Below, piece by piece: positions 8,149 to 18,243 of a DNA stretch of 44,567 bases (within the stretch, counting starts at the first letter, position 1; every line of letters begins with the position of its first letter). The translations under genes and the position numbers were made by a program. The DNA is taken from contig JAGYLS010000008.1 of NCBI GenBank assembly GCA_018400815.1, forward strand, positions 1-44,567, written 5' to 3'. The notes under the pieces were generated by a model. That model ran no database searches, was not told the DNA's origin, and saw only the letters and a list, made by a program, of their open reading frames with translations. Source of the DNA: Candidatus Oleincola secundus (lineage in GTDB: Bacteria > Atribacterota > Phoenicimicrobiia > Phoenicimicrobiales > Stramentimicrobiaceae).

Positions 8149-10137
8149 TTATTTATTTTTTAAAGAAATTTTTTCAATAATCTTGTTACTAATTTTCTCT
8201 GCATCAAAACCTAAATTTCTGGCTACCTCATTGCCTGGACCACTTTCACCAAATCGGCGGATAAAAATTCCCAGAGAAAGTTGTGGAATAACCTCATACC
8301 AACCCTGCCCGGTTGCTGCTTCAATGAAGACTTGAAGTATATTCGCACCACCAAGAACTTTTTCCCGATAGTTTTTATCCTGTTTGGCAAATGCTTCCCG
8401 ATCCGGAATGGATACAACACGGCAGAAAATATTATTTTTTTCTAATATCTCTTTAACCTGTAATGCAGTTTGAACTTCACTCCCGCTGGCAGAAATGACA
8501 ACATCTGGTTTATTGTTACTGTCATAAACAATATAGCCACCTTTCTTAAAAACGCTTATATCAAGCATTTGTTTTAACCGTGGCAAATTTTGGCGTGAGA
8601 GTATCAAGGCAGTAGGACCTTCTTTTCTTTCCAGAATAACCTGCCATGCTGCTTTTACTTCTTCGCTGTCTGCGGGACGAATAACTTTCAAATTAGGAAT
8701 AACCCTTAACGATTCTAACTGTTCAATCGGTTGGTGAGTTGGTCCATCTTCTCCTACATAGATTGAATCATGAGTAAATATATAAACAACAGGTAGATTC
8801 ATCATAGCTGCCAGTCTAATAGTAGGCCTCATGTAATCTGAGAAAATCAAAAAAGTTGAACAATAAGGACGCAATCCCTTATGTAGGGAAATTCCATTAC
8901 AGATAGCACCCATGGCATGTTCTCTTACTCCAAAGCGAATATTACGGGCATTAAAAGAACCTTTTTGAACCTCCGGAAATTCATTCAGGTAAGTTTTAGT
9001 CGATGGAGAAAGATCGGCTGAACCCCCAATTATATAAGATATTTTCTCTGCAATTTTATTTAATATTTTACCTGAGGCACTTCTGGTAGCAATTTTTTCA
9101 TCAAAATTGACATCGCAAAAATCAAGCTTATCAGGCACTTTTAAGTAAATTCCCTCTTCCCATTCTTTCTTCTTCTCCGGAAATTCCTCTGACCAGCTGA
9201 CGAAATTTTCTTCCCATTTCTCTCTGCTTTGTCTAAGTTCTGCTTCTTTTTGTTTAAAATAGGTCTTGACTTCATCGCTTATGTAAAAAGGTACATCAAT
9301 GGGTAAACCAATATTCTTTTTCAACCCCTCTACTTCTTCTTTGCCTAGTGGTGCCCCATGTGCAGTATAGCTATCCTGTTTGGTTGGTGCTCCGTAGCCA
9401 ATATGGGTTCTAGCCATGATTAGAATTGGCTTATTATTATTCTTTTCCCTGGCTTTCATTAATGCCGCTCTAACTTCGTCAATATCGTGACCGTTTACAT
9501 TCTCAATAACCTGCCAATTATATGCACGATAGCGATCAGCTACTGATTCGGTAAAAGTTAAATCTGTCCCACTTGCCAATGAAATACGGTTCTGGTCATA
9601 AATGACAACTAGTTTTTCCAATCCCCAATGACCTGCCAGAGAAGCTGCCTCCGAGGTAATCCCTTCCATCATACAACCATCACTGGCTAAAACATAGGTA
9701 TAATGATCAACAATATTGTATTTATCAGTATTAAATTTTTCAGCCATCATTTTTTCAGCTAATGCCATTCCCACACCATTAGCTAATCCCTGTCCCAGTG
9801 GACCCGAGGTTACTTCCACCCCAGGGGTATATCCGTATTCAGGATGACCGGGTGTTACTGAACCAATTTGTCTAAAATTCTTAATATCTTCTAATGTAAC
9901 GTCATAACCTGACAAATGTAAAAGCACATATAAAAAAATAGAACCATGCCCTGCTGAAAGAATAAATCTATCTCGGTCAGGCCAATCCGGTTCTTTGGGA
10001 TCATATTTCATTATCTCAGCAAACAAAACCGAACCAATTTCTGCACATCCTAATGGTAACCCCGGATGACCTGAATTAGCTTTTTCAATTGCATCAACTG
10101 ATAAGCCTCTAATAATTTTAGCAACCTGGTTTAACAT
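8149..10137 (-). CDS. tkt: Transketolase
   Basis: SGHPG, DRFILSAGHGS, TPGHPE, SGPLGQG, DGCMMEG, FGVREHAM and GEDGPTHQP motifs. Confidence 0.97.
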   Translation of the reverse strand: MLNQVAKIIRGLSVDAIEKANSGHPGLPLGCAEIGSVLFAEIMKYDPKEPDWPDRDRFILSAGHGSIFLYVLLHLSGYDVTLEDIKNFRQIGSVTPGHPEYGYTPGVEVTSGPLGQGLANGVGMALAEKMMAEKFNTDKYNIVDHYTYVLASDGCMMEGITSEAASLAGHWGLEKLVVIYDQNRISLASGTDLTFTESVADRYRAYNWQVIENVNGHDIDEVRAALMKAREKNNNKPILIMARTHIGYGAPTKQDSYTAHGAPLGKEEVEGLKKNIGLPIDVPFYISDEVKTYFKQKEAELRQSREKWEENFVSWSEEFPEKKKEWEEGIYLKVPDKLDFCDVNFDEKIATRSASGKILNKIAEKISYIIGGSADLSPSTKTYLNEFPEVQKGSFNARNIRFGVREHAMGAICNGISLHKGLRPYCSTFLIFSDYMRPTIRLAAMMNLPVVYIFTHDSIYVGEDGPTHQPIEQLESLRVIPNLKVIRPADSEEVKAAWQVILERKEGPTALILSRQNLPRLKQMLDISVFKKGGYIVYDSNNKPDVVISASGSEVQTALQVKEILEKNNIFCRVVSIPDREAFAKQDKNYREKVLGGANILQVFIEAATGQGWYEVIPQLSLGIFIRRFGESGPGNEVARNLGFDAEKISNKIIEKISLKNK

Positions 10138-10228
10138 TTTTATTCCTCCGCTATATTTTTTAGTACTATCAAACTATTTTAGCAAATATTTATTTAATTC
10201 TATATTTCTCAAGCCCAAATTCTTTTAT

Positions 10229-12589
10229 TTAAAAAGCATTCTGTTCAGTCCGACTGATAATCTCATCCTGTAATTCCTTACTGAGATTATTGAAATAATC
10301 ACTATACCCTGCCACCCTTACAATAAGACTCTGATATGCTTCCGGATTCTTTTGGGCATCCTTTAAAGTGTCTGCTTTTACCACATTTAACTGAATATGA
10401 TGACCATCAAGCTTAAAGTAAGCACGAATCAGCTGAGCAAGACTGTCTAATCCTTTCTTGCCTTCTACCAGTGAGGGGGTAAATTTTTGATTTAACAGAG
10501 TCCCGCCTGTCCTGATATGATCCATTTTGGCAGCTGATTTGATAACCGCTGTGGGTCCCTTTCGGTCAGCTCCCTGTACAGGGGAAATGCCTTCTGAGAG
10601 AGGTTCTCTTGCCTTTCTGCCATCGGATGTGGCACCAACAACAGAACCGAAATAGATATGACAGGTAGTAGGCAGCATATTAATGCGGTAGAAGCCTCCT
10701 TTGGTACTTTTTCTGCCATTGACTTCCTGGTAAAAAGCAGCAAAGACTTGTTGCATGATACTATCGGCATAATCATCGTCATTACCGTATTTGGGTGTTT
10801 GGCTAGTTAATAGGTGGTATAGCTTTTTTTCGCCTCTGAAGTTACTTTTTAATACTTCTAATAAAGTATCCATACTTAAATTTTTTTTATCATAGATGTG
10901 ATATTTAATGGCAGAGAGACTATCAGTTATGGTTCCTATTCCCACACCCTGGATATAATTAGTATTATAACGCGCACCGCCGGCATTGTAATCTTTTGCT
11001 TTTTTGATACAATCACTAACGATAATAGAAAGAAAGGGTGAGGGCATAGAAGTAGCATATAACTGTTCAATTAGCTGATTTCCCTTAATTTTAATTTCAA
11101 TAAAGTGATGAAGCTGTTCTTTAAAGGCAGCTAACAACTGGTCAAAATCAGTAAAGTCTGTGGGATTACCGGTAGACAGTCCGATTATCTTTCCGGTCTG
11201 GGGGTCATAACCATTGTTCAAGGTTATTTCCAGCACTTTGACCAGGTTAAAATAGCCGGTTAAAATATAGGCTTCTTTCCCAAAGGCACCTGTCTCTACA
11301 CAACCGCTGGTCCCTCCTTCACGGGCATCAAGCAAACTTTTGCCTTGTCTTAGCATCTCGGCAATTACCTCATCCGCATTAAAAACAGAGGGCTGTCCCC
11401 AACCCTTTCTAATAATCTCACAGGCACGTTTTAAGAAGCGGTCAGGGTTTTTTTTGCTCAGCTGGATGTTGGTGCTTGGCTGCAGTAGGCGCATCTCATC
11501 AATTACATCTAAGATGAGATAGGTTACTTCATTTACCGCATCGGAGCCATCGGGCCTTAAACCACCACTGTTGATATTGGCAAAATCGGTATAGGTTCCG
11601 CTTTCTGCCAAAGTAACCCCTACTTTGGGAGGTGCTGGCTGATTATTAAATTTAATCCAGAAACATTCCAGTAATTCTTTTGCCTTGTCACTGTCTAAGA
11701 TGCCAGATTGAGTATCCTGTAGGTAAAAAGAATATAGGTGTTGATCCAAATGTCCGGGATTAAAGGAGTCCCAGGTGTTCAATTCACTGATGACCCCTAT
11801 ATGAACAAACCAGTACATCTGCAAGGCTTCATGAAAATTCCTGGGAGGGTAAGCCGGTACTTGCCGACAGATTTGGGCAATGTTCTGTAATTCTTTCTTG
11901 CGCTTTTCGTCCTGTTCTTCTTTGGCCTTCTCTTCTGCCAGCCTGGCATAACGTTCAGCTAATAATATTATTGCATCACAACAGATAGACATCGCTTTTA
12001 GCTGATTGAGCTTTTGATAGGCCTGTTGGTCATTTTGATAATCCAGAAGATTAATCTGCTGTTGGATTTCATCTTTAAAAGAGAGAAAGCCTTTCTGATA
12101 GATTTTGCCATCTGCCACAGTATGGCCGGGTGCCCTTTGTTCCATAAATTCAGTAAAGATTCCTGCTTTATAGCAGTCCTTCCAGTTTTCATCCATCAGA
12201 TTAAAGACTTGATGACGAATGGATCTTTCTCTCCAGAATGGAATCACCAATTCTTTCTGAATCTTCCTGGCTTCCTCACCCACCTTAAAGGAAATCTTTT
12301 CTCTATCGTTTATCAAGCTAAAATCATCCAGAGTATGGCAGCATAGTTCAGGATAGGTAGGGGTACCCCCTGGTGAGCTTCCCCTTTCTCCAACAATCAA
12401 TTCTCCATCATCAATTTCAATCGTCTTGTTTTCTAATAGATGTTTAAAAGACAGGGCTCTTAATATCGGAACCGGTACTTTACCCATATGTTCCTGATAA
12501 GCTTCAGTTATTAATTTTGCCCGCTGGATATCAATATAAGGCTGGGTATTCAGACTTACTTTTCGTAATTTTTCAATTCTGGAATTCAT
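10229..12589 (-). CDS. hypD: Glycyl radical enzyme, trans-4-hydroxy-L-proline dehydratase
   Basis: RVAGY glycyl loop and GCVE Cys loop, plus HypD-type motifs EQRAPGHTV, WDSF, PPKVGVTLAESGTYTDF, LTGYFN and MLPTTCH. Confidence 0.88.
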   Translation of the reverse strand: MNSRIEKLRKVSLNTQPYIDIQRAKLITEAYQEHMGKVPVPILRALSFKHLLENKTIEIDDGELIVGERGSSPGGTPTYPELCCHTLDDFSLINDREKISFKVGEEARKIQKELVIPFWRERSIRHQVFNLMDENWKDCYKAGIFTEFMEQRAPGHTVADGKIYQKGFLSFKDEIQQQINLLDYQNDQQAYQKLNQLKAMSICCDAIILLAERYARLAEEKAKEEQDEKRKKELQNIAQICRQVPAYPPRNFHEALQMYWFVHIGVISELNTWDSFNPGHLDQHLYSFYLQDTQSGILDSDKAKELLECFWIKFNNQPAPPKVGVTLAESGTYTDFANINSGGLRPDGSDAVNEVTYLILDVIDEMRLLQPSTNIQLSKKNPDRFLKRACEIIRKGWGQPSVFNADEVIAEMLRQGKSLLDAREGGTSGCVETGAFGKEAYILTGYFNLVKVLEITLNNGYDPQTGKIIGLSTGNPTDFTDFDQLLAAFKEQLHHFIEIKIKGNQLIEQLYATSMPSPFLSIIVSDCIKKAKDYNAGGARYNTNYIQGVGIGTITDSLSAIKYHIYDKKNLSMDTLLEVLKSNFRGEKKLYHLLTSQTPKYGNDDDYADSIMQQVFAAFYQEVNGRKSTKGGFYRINMLPTTCHIYFGSVVGATSDGRKAREPLSEGISPVQGADRKGPTAVIKSAAKMDHIRTGGTLLNQKFTPSLVEGKKGLDSLAQLIRAYFKLDGHHIQLNVVKADTLKDAQKNPEAYQSLIVRVAGYSDYFNNLSKELQDEIISRTEQNAF

Positions 12590-12591
12590 TT

Positions 12592-13494
12592 TTATCCTCC
12601 GAGGGTTACCTTTATATTCTTCTTTTGGAATATCAGTCGCAATTTATCGATATGTTCTTCTAAAGGTGGCTGGACATCCTTCATTTTTGCTTCTAAGCCC
12701 AGTCTGGAAAATTTTTCCAAACCCATTTTATGAAAAGGTAACAGACTGACCTTGTTTATTTTCAAGGAGTGCACTAATTCAGCTATTTGGCCAATATTAT
12801 CGAACGAATCGTTAATACCCGGAATAACAGGTACTCTAATTTCTATTTGCTTAGTTTTACGCACTAGTTTTCTTAAATTTTCTAAAATTAACTGGTTTGA
12901 CACCCCGGTATATTTTTGATGCTTTGTTTCATCTATCAGCTTAATATCATATAACCATAAATCAACCATATTTTCAATGCTTTCAAAGTAAGACCAGGGA
13001 ACATAACCACAGGTGTCAACAACTGTATGGATACCTGCCTTTCGACAGTAAGATAGCAGCTGGGAAAGAAAATCAAGCTGAAGCATCGGTTCACCTCCGG
13101 AAAAAGTAGCTCCTCCTCCGGATTCCTGGTAGAAAATTATATCCTTTTCTATTTCTTTCCATACTTCATCTGTAGTTAATCTTTTACCGATAATCTCTCT
13201 GGCTTGTCCAGGACAAATATCAATACAATATCCACAAGCCTGGCATTTTTTCTTATTTGTATAAGGATAAGCATTTTTAATTTCAATGGCTTTATGCGGG
13301 CACAATGAAACACATTGGTAGCATTGAATGCATTTTTGAGAATCAAAAATAATTTCAGGCTGTTCCAGCCAGCTTTCCGGATTATGGCACCACCAGCAAC
13401 GAAGAGGACATCCTTTTAGAAAAACTGTGGTACGGATCCCTGGACCGTCATGGATGGCAAACTTTTTAATATTGAAAATTATTCCTGTATACAT
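12592..13494 (-). CDS. Glycyl-radical enzyme activating enzyme (radical SAM with ferredoxin insert)
   Basis: HDGPGIRTTVFLKGCPLRCWWCHNPES, two CxxCxxCxxxCP motifs and SGGEP; stop is 2 nt from the GRE start. Confidence 0.96.
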   Translation of the reverse strand: MYTGIIFNIKKFAIHDGPGIRTTVFLKGCPLRCWWCHNPESWLEQPEIIFDSQKCIQCYQCVSLCPHKAIEIKNAYPYTNKKKCQACGYCIDICPGQAREIIGKRLTTDEVWKEIEKDIIFYQESGGGATFSGGEPMLQLDFLSQLLSYCRKAGIHTVVDTCGYVPWSYFESIENMVDLWLYDIKLIDETKHQKYTGVSNQLILENLRKLVRKTKQIEIRVPVIPGINDSFDNIGQIAELVHSLKINKVSLLPFHKMGLEKFSRLGLEAKMKDVQPPLEEHIDKLRLIFQKKNIKVTLGG

Positions 13495-13599
13495 GATTTC
13501 AATCTAACTGACTAAATAAATTTAAATACTTATGCAGCACATCATCATCTAAAATACCCGTCTGAAAAACAATCTAATTTTACCATTTTGTTATTCATA

Positions 13600-13732
13600 A
13601 GTAAACATCGCATCCGCAAAGAGGGTGGCTTTAAGAACCTCTAGAAAGGTTTAACTTTTTAGCTCTTTTTCTTTCGATTTTTTATTTAACCTTTACCACC
13701 TTCTTAGAAGGTGGTTTTTTATGGTTAAATAA
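13600..13732 (-). mobile_element. Hairpin-ended repeat copy 3 (internally deleted)
   Basis: Both ends retained; about 108 bp between the two TTTATTTAACC direct repeats are missing. Confidence 0.85.
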
Positions 13733-13791
13733 GCCCTGCCGGATAATCTTTTAATTTATTCTATCGAGCAAGATTATTAAAAAAATAACTA

Positions 13792-14919
13792 TTATGTATC
13801 GAATACCATTTTTATCCTATTTATGGCTTCTTGTAATTTATCGATTGGTAAAGTATAGGCAATTCTGATATACCCTTCCCCCTGGCTCCCAAAAGCAGAG
13901 CCGGGAATAACAACTACCTTTGCTTTGGTTAATAATTCATCATAGAACTGCTCAGAGTTCCTTCCGGTATCTTTAATATTAGCAAAGATATAAAAAGCTC
14001 CTTCCGGCTTAACACAGGAAACACCTTTGATTTTGTTTAGTTCCTGTACAAAAAAGTTTCTTCTATCATTATATTCAACATTCATTTGTTTTATAATACT
14101 TGATGAACTACTCAATGCAGCAAGTGCAGCTTGTTGTGATATTGCACAGGGGCAACTTAAATGATATCCGCCTAATTTCATCATATTGATGATAATTTCC
14201 TTAATAGCCATTGCGTAACCAATACGCCAACCGGTCATAGCATATCTTTTAGAAAAGCTGTTAATGGTAATGGTCCTTTCTTTCATTCCTGGTATACCTG
14301 CGATACAAAAATGTTTCTTATTATCATAAATCATAGTCTCGTATGCCTCATCTGCAATGACCATCAGATTATTTTTAATTACTATCTCAGATATTTTCTT
14401 GAGATCATCTTCTTCCAGAACTGCTCCAGTAGGATTGTTGGGTGTATTTAAAATCAATAATTTGCTTTTTACAGAAATATTTTTTTCAATATTTTCAGCT
14501 TTTAGTTTGAAATCTTCTTTCTCCAAGGTAGGTATAAATACTGGAATGGCACCACTTAGAAAGGCTTGTGTGGGATAACTGGGATAAAAGGGATCCGGTA
14601 TCAGAATTTCATCCCCTGCATCCAATAAAGTAAGCATGGCAAGTATTAAAGCATGTTGAGCTCCATGGGTAACGATAACCTCTTCTTTGTCAACCTTTAT
14701 TTTGTTTTCTTTCCAATATTTAAGGGCAATAGCCTCCCGGAGTTCCGGATATCCTGCCACAGGAGTATAGTGGGTAGATTTTTTTTCTATTACCGATTCA
14801 AATGCTTTGTTGATAATAGTACTATCTGTATCAAAATCGGGCTCACCAATTCCCAGACTAATAATGTCCTCATATTTACTGGCACGATCAAAAATCTCCC
14901 TAATTTTTGGATAAGACAT
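13792..14919 (-). CDS. PLP-dependent aminotransferase class I/II (AspC-like)
   Basis: SLGIGEPDF, NTPNNPTG, DEAY, SFSKRYAMTGWRIG and PGSAFG motifs. True start may be ATT at 14952. Confidence 0.92.
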   Translation of the reverse strand: MSYPKIREIFDRASKYEDIISLGIGEPDFDTDSTIINKAFESVIEKKSTHYTPVAGYPELREAIALKYWKENKIKVDKEEVIVTHGAQHALILAMLTLLDAGDEILIPDPFYPSYPTQAFLSGAIPVFIPTLEKEDFKLKAENIEKNISVKSKLLILNTPNNPTGAVLEEDDLKKISEIVIKNNLMVIADEAYETMIYDNKKHFCIAGIPGMKERTITINSFSKRYAMTGWRIGYAMAIKEIIINMMKLGGYHLSCPCAISQQAALAALSSSSSIIKQMNVEYNDRRNFFVQELNKIKGVSCVKPEGAFYIFANIKDTGRNSEQFYDELLTKAKVVVIPGSAFGSQGEGYIRIAYTLPIDKLQEAINRIKMVFDT

Positions 14920-15045
14920 TTGACTAACTCGTCTGGCAATATATTTATTAATATTGATTGCCCCCTTTATTGCAAAAGTGCTTGATTTATGAAATAGCCA
15001 TTATTGTTCTAAAAACAACTGTCTATATTTCTACTTTAAAATTTT

Positions 15046-16257
15046 CTATTCTGGATATTGCCCCTCTCGAAGATAGGTTAAAAGTTCTGCTCTGTTCAGA
15101 TCTGCAATACCCAAATCTTCTAGAGTCAAGCCACTTTCCCAATAATTTGTCTTAGTCATCACAGAAGCAAGTGTAATCATGGACTCAATGATGGGTACCT
15201 TGATATTAAACTTCTTTGCCAACTCATAATAAAGATGGCAACCTATGGGAACATCTTCGGTAATATAGCGATTGTAGATAGTAAATGGACCGGTTCCCAA
15301 AGCCAGTTTGTATTGTTCATTGAAGGGAACTACGTAGTTGGGGCCCATATGTTCTGAACCAAGTATATTTGAGCGAGAAAAAAATTCTTCATCTTCAAAA
15401 TGTTGAATCCCCACTCCAATCGCTTCGGCAATTTGACAAACTTCTTTATACATCATTTTTTGCACTTCTGAAATAGAAGGACAATAAACATGTGAATAAA
15501 TCGAAAATTCATATTTATCATAACCATAAATCAAGCCCCAGTTTTCCATGGTTCCTACTCCGAGAATGGTCCCAGGAACATGAAGGACCGGATTCACATT
15601 ACTAAAGGCAATATCAACTACTGTATCCCCTTCTACAGGATGGACAACAGAGTCTAAAGAAGGTATATATTTTTTTGATTCGAAAAAAGATTTTTGGTCT
15701 ATTAGAGGCATTGACGATCCCCTTAACGAAATAGCCCAATAATTTATGCTAACCTCAGGTATTTGCTGACCGCCAAAACTCCTGATTCTGATGCCATAGG
15801 GTTGGCTGCTCCATTCACCAATAATAACTTTTTTATCACAACCCGTTTCTCTCATCATCTTTTTCATAATCAGGGAACCAAAATTAGCAGTTGTGAAATG
15901 AATAACCATGCCATCTTCTAAATTCGGAATTAATTTTTCAAGGAAGGCCTTATTACCAACAGCAGGAAAACTCATTATTATTATTCCTGCATCTCTCACA
16001 GCTTCTTTAATATCATCTGTAACAACACTTAATTTTGTCAATCCTTCTCTTTTAAAACCATATAAACTCTGCTGTAAGCCAGTTAAACGGATTTGCTTTT
16101 TATCTTTGATGCAACCCAAACCATCAAAAAATTCCGGAAGTTCATAGAGACGGACTTCTTTTCCCTGATGAGCAGCGCAGGCAGCATGACCACGAGCAGT
16201 TGCACCTCCCCCCAGAATGACAATTGGTTTGTCTTCCAAATAACTCATGTCAACCAT
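15046..16257 (-). CDS. NAD(P)-dependent opine (octopine/nopaline) dehydrogenase family protein
   Basis: N-terminal Rossmann motif ILGGGATA; NVNPVLHVPG and RYITEDVPIG motifs of the opine dehydrogenase C-terminal domain. Confidence 0.85.
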   Translation of the reverse strand: MVDMSYLEDKPIVILGGGATARGHAACAAHQGKEVRLYELPEFFDGLGCIKDKKQIRLTGLQQSLYGFKREGLTKLSVVTDDIKEAVRDAGIIIMSFPAVGNKAFLEKLIPNLEDGMVIHFTTANFGSLIMKKMMRETGCDKKVIIGEWSSQPYGIRIRSFGGQQIPEVSINYWAISLRGSSMPLIDQKSFFESKKYIPSLDSVVHPVEGDTVVDIAFSNVNPVLHVPGTILGVGTMENWGLIYGYDKYEFSIYSHVYCPSISEVQKMMYKEVCQIAEAIGVGIQHFEDEEFFSRSNILGSEHMGPNYVVPFNEQYKLALGTGPFTIYNRYITEDVPIGCHLYYELAKKFNIKVPIIESMITLASVMTKTNYWESGLTLEDLGIADLNRAELLTYLREGQYPE

Positions 16258-16307
16258 TTCTAGATCTCCTTTTTAGATACAAATATAGAATCTTAAATTC
16301 TTAATTT

Positions 16308-17612
16308 TTAAAAACGTCCTCCTAAAACTAATCTGGGTAGCCATAATGCTAATTCGGGAAAATATGTAACAGCCATCAGAGTCGGTAAATACCCAAAAAC
16401 AATAAATATCAGAGCCGGCCTTAATGTCTGTGACACTGGTGTTTTAGACATTCGAGCACCAAAATAAAGTGTAGGCGCAGTGGGTGGGGTCACATTTCCC
16501 ATCCCCAGGTTAACACCGATAATTGCAGCAAAATGAATAGGGCTTACTCCCAGTGATATTGCTACCGGCAAAAGAATCGGGGTACAAAGTAACATAGCAC
16601 TTACATCATCCATTATCATCCCAATGATAATCATAAAAATATTGAGCATAAACAAAATGATATACTTATTAGTAGAAATAGCACTGAGAAAATTCATAAT
16701 AATAGTCGGCAAATGTTCCTGTATATAAATACGGCTGAGCATCATAATACAGTACATCATTAACATAACCACACCTGTAGTAGTAGCTGTCTCAATAATA
16801 ACCTCTAAAAAATTATTCTTGTTTAGTCCTTTGTAAATATAAAATCCTACAGGAACGGAATAAAGCACCGCTACTGCTGCAGCTTCTGTTGGTGTCATGA
16901 TTCCTCCATAAATACCACCCAGGACAATAACAGGCATAATTAAAGCAGGAGTAGCTTTTCTCCCTCTATTTCCCAACATTTTAAATATTGTTTTAGTATC
17001 CATCGGTTCGCTTACATGTACATCACTATTATTTCGAAGCAAAATAAGATTAATTATACTCAAAAGGGCTGTTAACATTAGTCCCGGCCCAACAGTGGCA
17101 AGAAAACATGCCAGAACCGATTGCTGTCCAACCCAGGCATAAAGTATCATCTGTGAACTGGGAGGAATTAAAAGTCCTAAAGGAGCTGCACAGGATACCA
17201 ATGCTGTTGCATGTCCCATAGGATAACCATTTTCTCGTAATCTCGGAAACATAATGGAGCCAATACATGAGATAGTAGCTGCACAGCTTCCTGAAATAGA
17301 CCCGAATACCGCACTGGAAACTACTGCTACAACTCCAAGGCCTCCCTTGATTCTTCCAACAAAAACATCAACTAAATTGACCAGAGAGTTACCGATTCCG
17401 CCTTTATCCATCATCCCGCCAACCATAATAAAAAGTGGTATTGCTAGAAGTACAACAGAGCTCATCTGACTATAACTATAGGGAAGTAAAAAACTTGGGT
17501 CATACCCCTGAGCAATAACCATAAAGGTTGTGGATAACATAAAACAAAAGGGAACTGGAAGACCGAGAAGCAAAGTAACAATAATGAGCAATAAAGCTAT
17601 AACAACAGTCAT
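16308..17612 (-). CDS. dctM: TRAP transporter large permease (DctM)
   Basis: LLAIPLF, FGSISGS, LIPPSS, TPTEAA and VTPP motifs; polytopic hydrophobic protein. Confidence 0.95.
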   Translation of the reverse strand: MTVVIALLLIIVTLLLGLPVPFCFMLSTTFMVIAQGYDPSFLLPYSYSQMSSVVLLAIPLFIMVGGMMDKGGIGNSLVNLVDVFVGRIKGGLGVVAVVSSAVFGSISGSCAATISCIGSIMFPRLRENGYPMGHATALVSCAAPLGLLIPPSSQMILYAWVGQQSVLACFLATVGPGLMLTALLSIINLILLRNNSDVHVSEPMDTKTIFKMLGNRGRKATPALIMPVIVLGGIYGGIMTPTEAAAVAVLYSVPVGFYIYKGLNKNNFLEVIIETATTTGVVMLMMYCIMMLSRIYIQEHLPTIIMNFLSAISTNKYIILFMLNIFMIIIGMIMDDVSAMLLCTPILLPVAISLGVSPIHFAAIIGVNLGMGNVTPPTAPTLYFGARMSKTPVSQTLRPALIFIVFGYLPTLMAVTYFPELALWLPRLVLGGRF

Positions 17613-17664
17613 ATCTTGTACCCCCTTTTGTTTTTTTCCAGCATATAAAAATAAATGGCCATGG

Positions 17665-18177
17665 TTAGCTCCTCCTCATTTCAATAAATCCAAAAAGGTC
17701 TTCCAGGAAATAAATCACCGAATAGATTGACATCAGAAAATAGCCCACAAAAATTGAAAACTGGGACACAACAATCGGAATCCTCAAGCCTGTAGTCCGA
17801 GGCATATATCTAAGACAATGTCTTATCATATCTATCGACCAATAAGCAAAGAGAATGCAAAGAGCGGATACAGTTAACCTTACAATAACACTGAGAAAAG
17901 CCTGACTTTTTTTACTCATCATTTGTGGCAATATATCGGCCTTTACATGACTTTTTTCATATACTCCGTACGAACTTCCCATAAAATAAAGCCAAAACGC
18001 AGCTATAATTACAATTTCTTCGATGCCATACAGATCAGATCTAAAAACATATCTTAAAACTACCACTGCGCACATAATAAGTACCACAAAGATGCTGGAA
18101 GCAATCATAAGCCATTTTTGTATGCTGACTAATAATTTCCATATTAATGATTTCTTTATTGTTTCAATTGTATTCAT
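17665..18177 (-). CDS. dctQ: TRAP transporter small permease (DctQ)
   Basis: 170 aa with four hydrophobic segments, VVLRYVF...EE...W...HVKAD pattern; located between dctP and dctM. Confidence 0.93.
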   Translation of the reverse strand: MNTIETIKKSLIWKLLVSIQKWLMIASSIFVVLIMCAVVVLRYVFRSDLYGIEEIVIIAAFWLYFMGSSYGVYEKSHVKADILPQMMSKKSQAFLSVIVRLTVSALCILFAYWSIDMIRHCLRYMPRTTGLRIPIVVSQFSIFVGYFLMSIYSVIYFLEDLFGFIEMRRS

Positions 18178-18203
18178 TGTTACCCTCTCTCTACTTAATA
18201 TAA

Positions 18204-18238
18204 AAAAATAAGGCAGGAATAAATCCTGCCTTATTTTT
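18204..18238 (-). terminator. Stem-loop between dctP and dctQ (partial terminator or mRNA-stability hairpin)
   Basis: Perfect 15-bp inverted repeat AAAAATAAGGCAGGA-ATAAA-TCCTGCCTTATTTTT. Confidence 0.75.
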
Positions 18239-18243
18239 GTAAA

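Noticed and set aside
10229..12589. Pyruvate formate-lyase or choline TMA-lyase assignment
   Set aside because: It has a single-Cys GCVE loop rather than the PFL CC pair, HypD-type motifs are present, and there are no microcompartment genes nearby.
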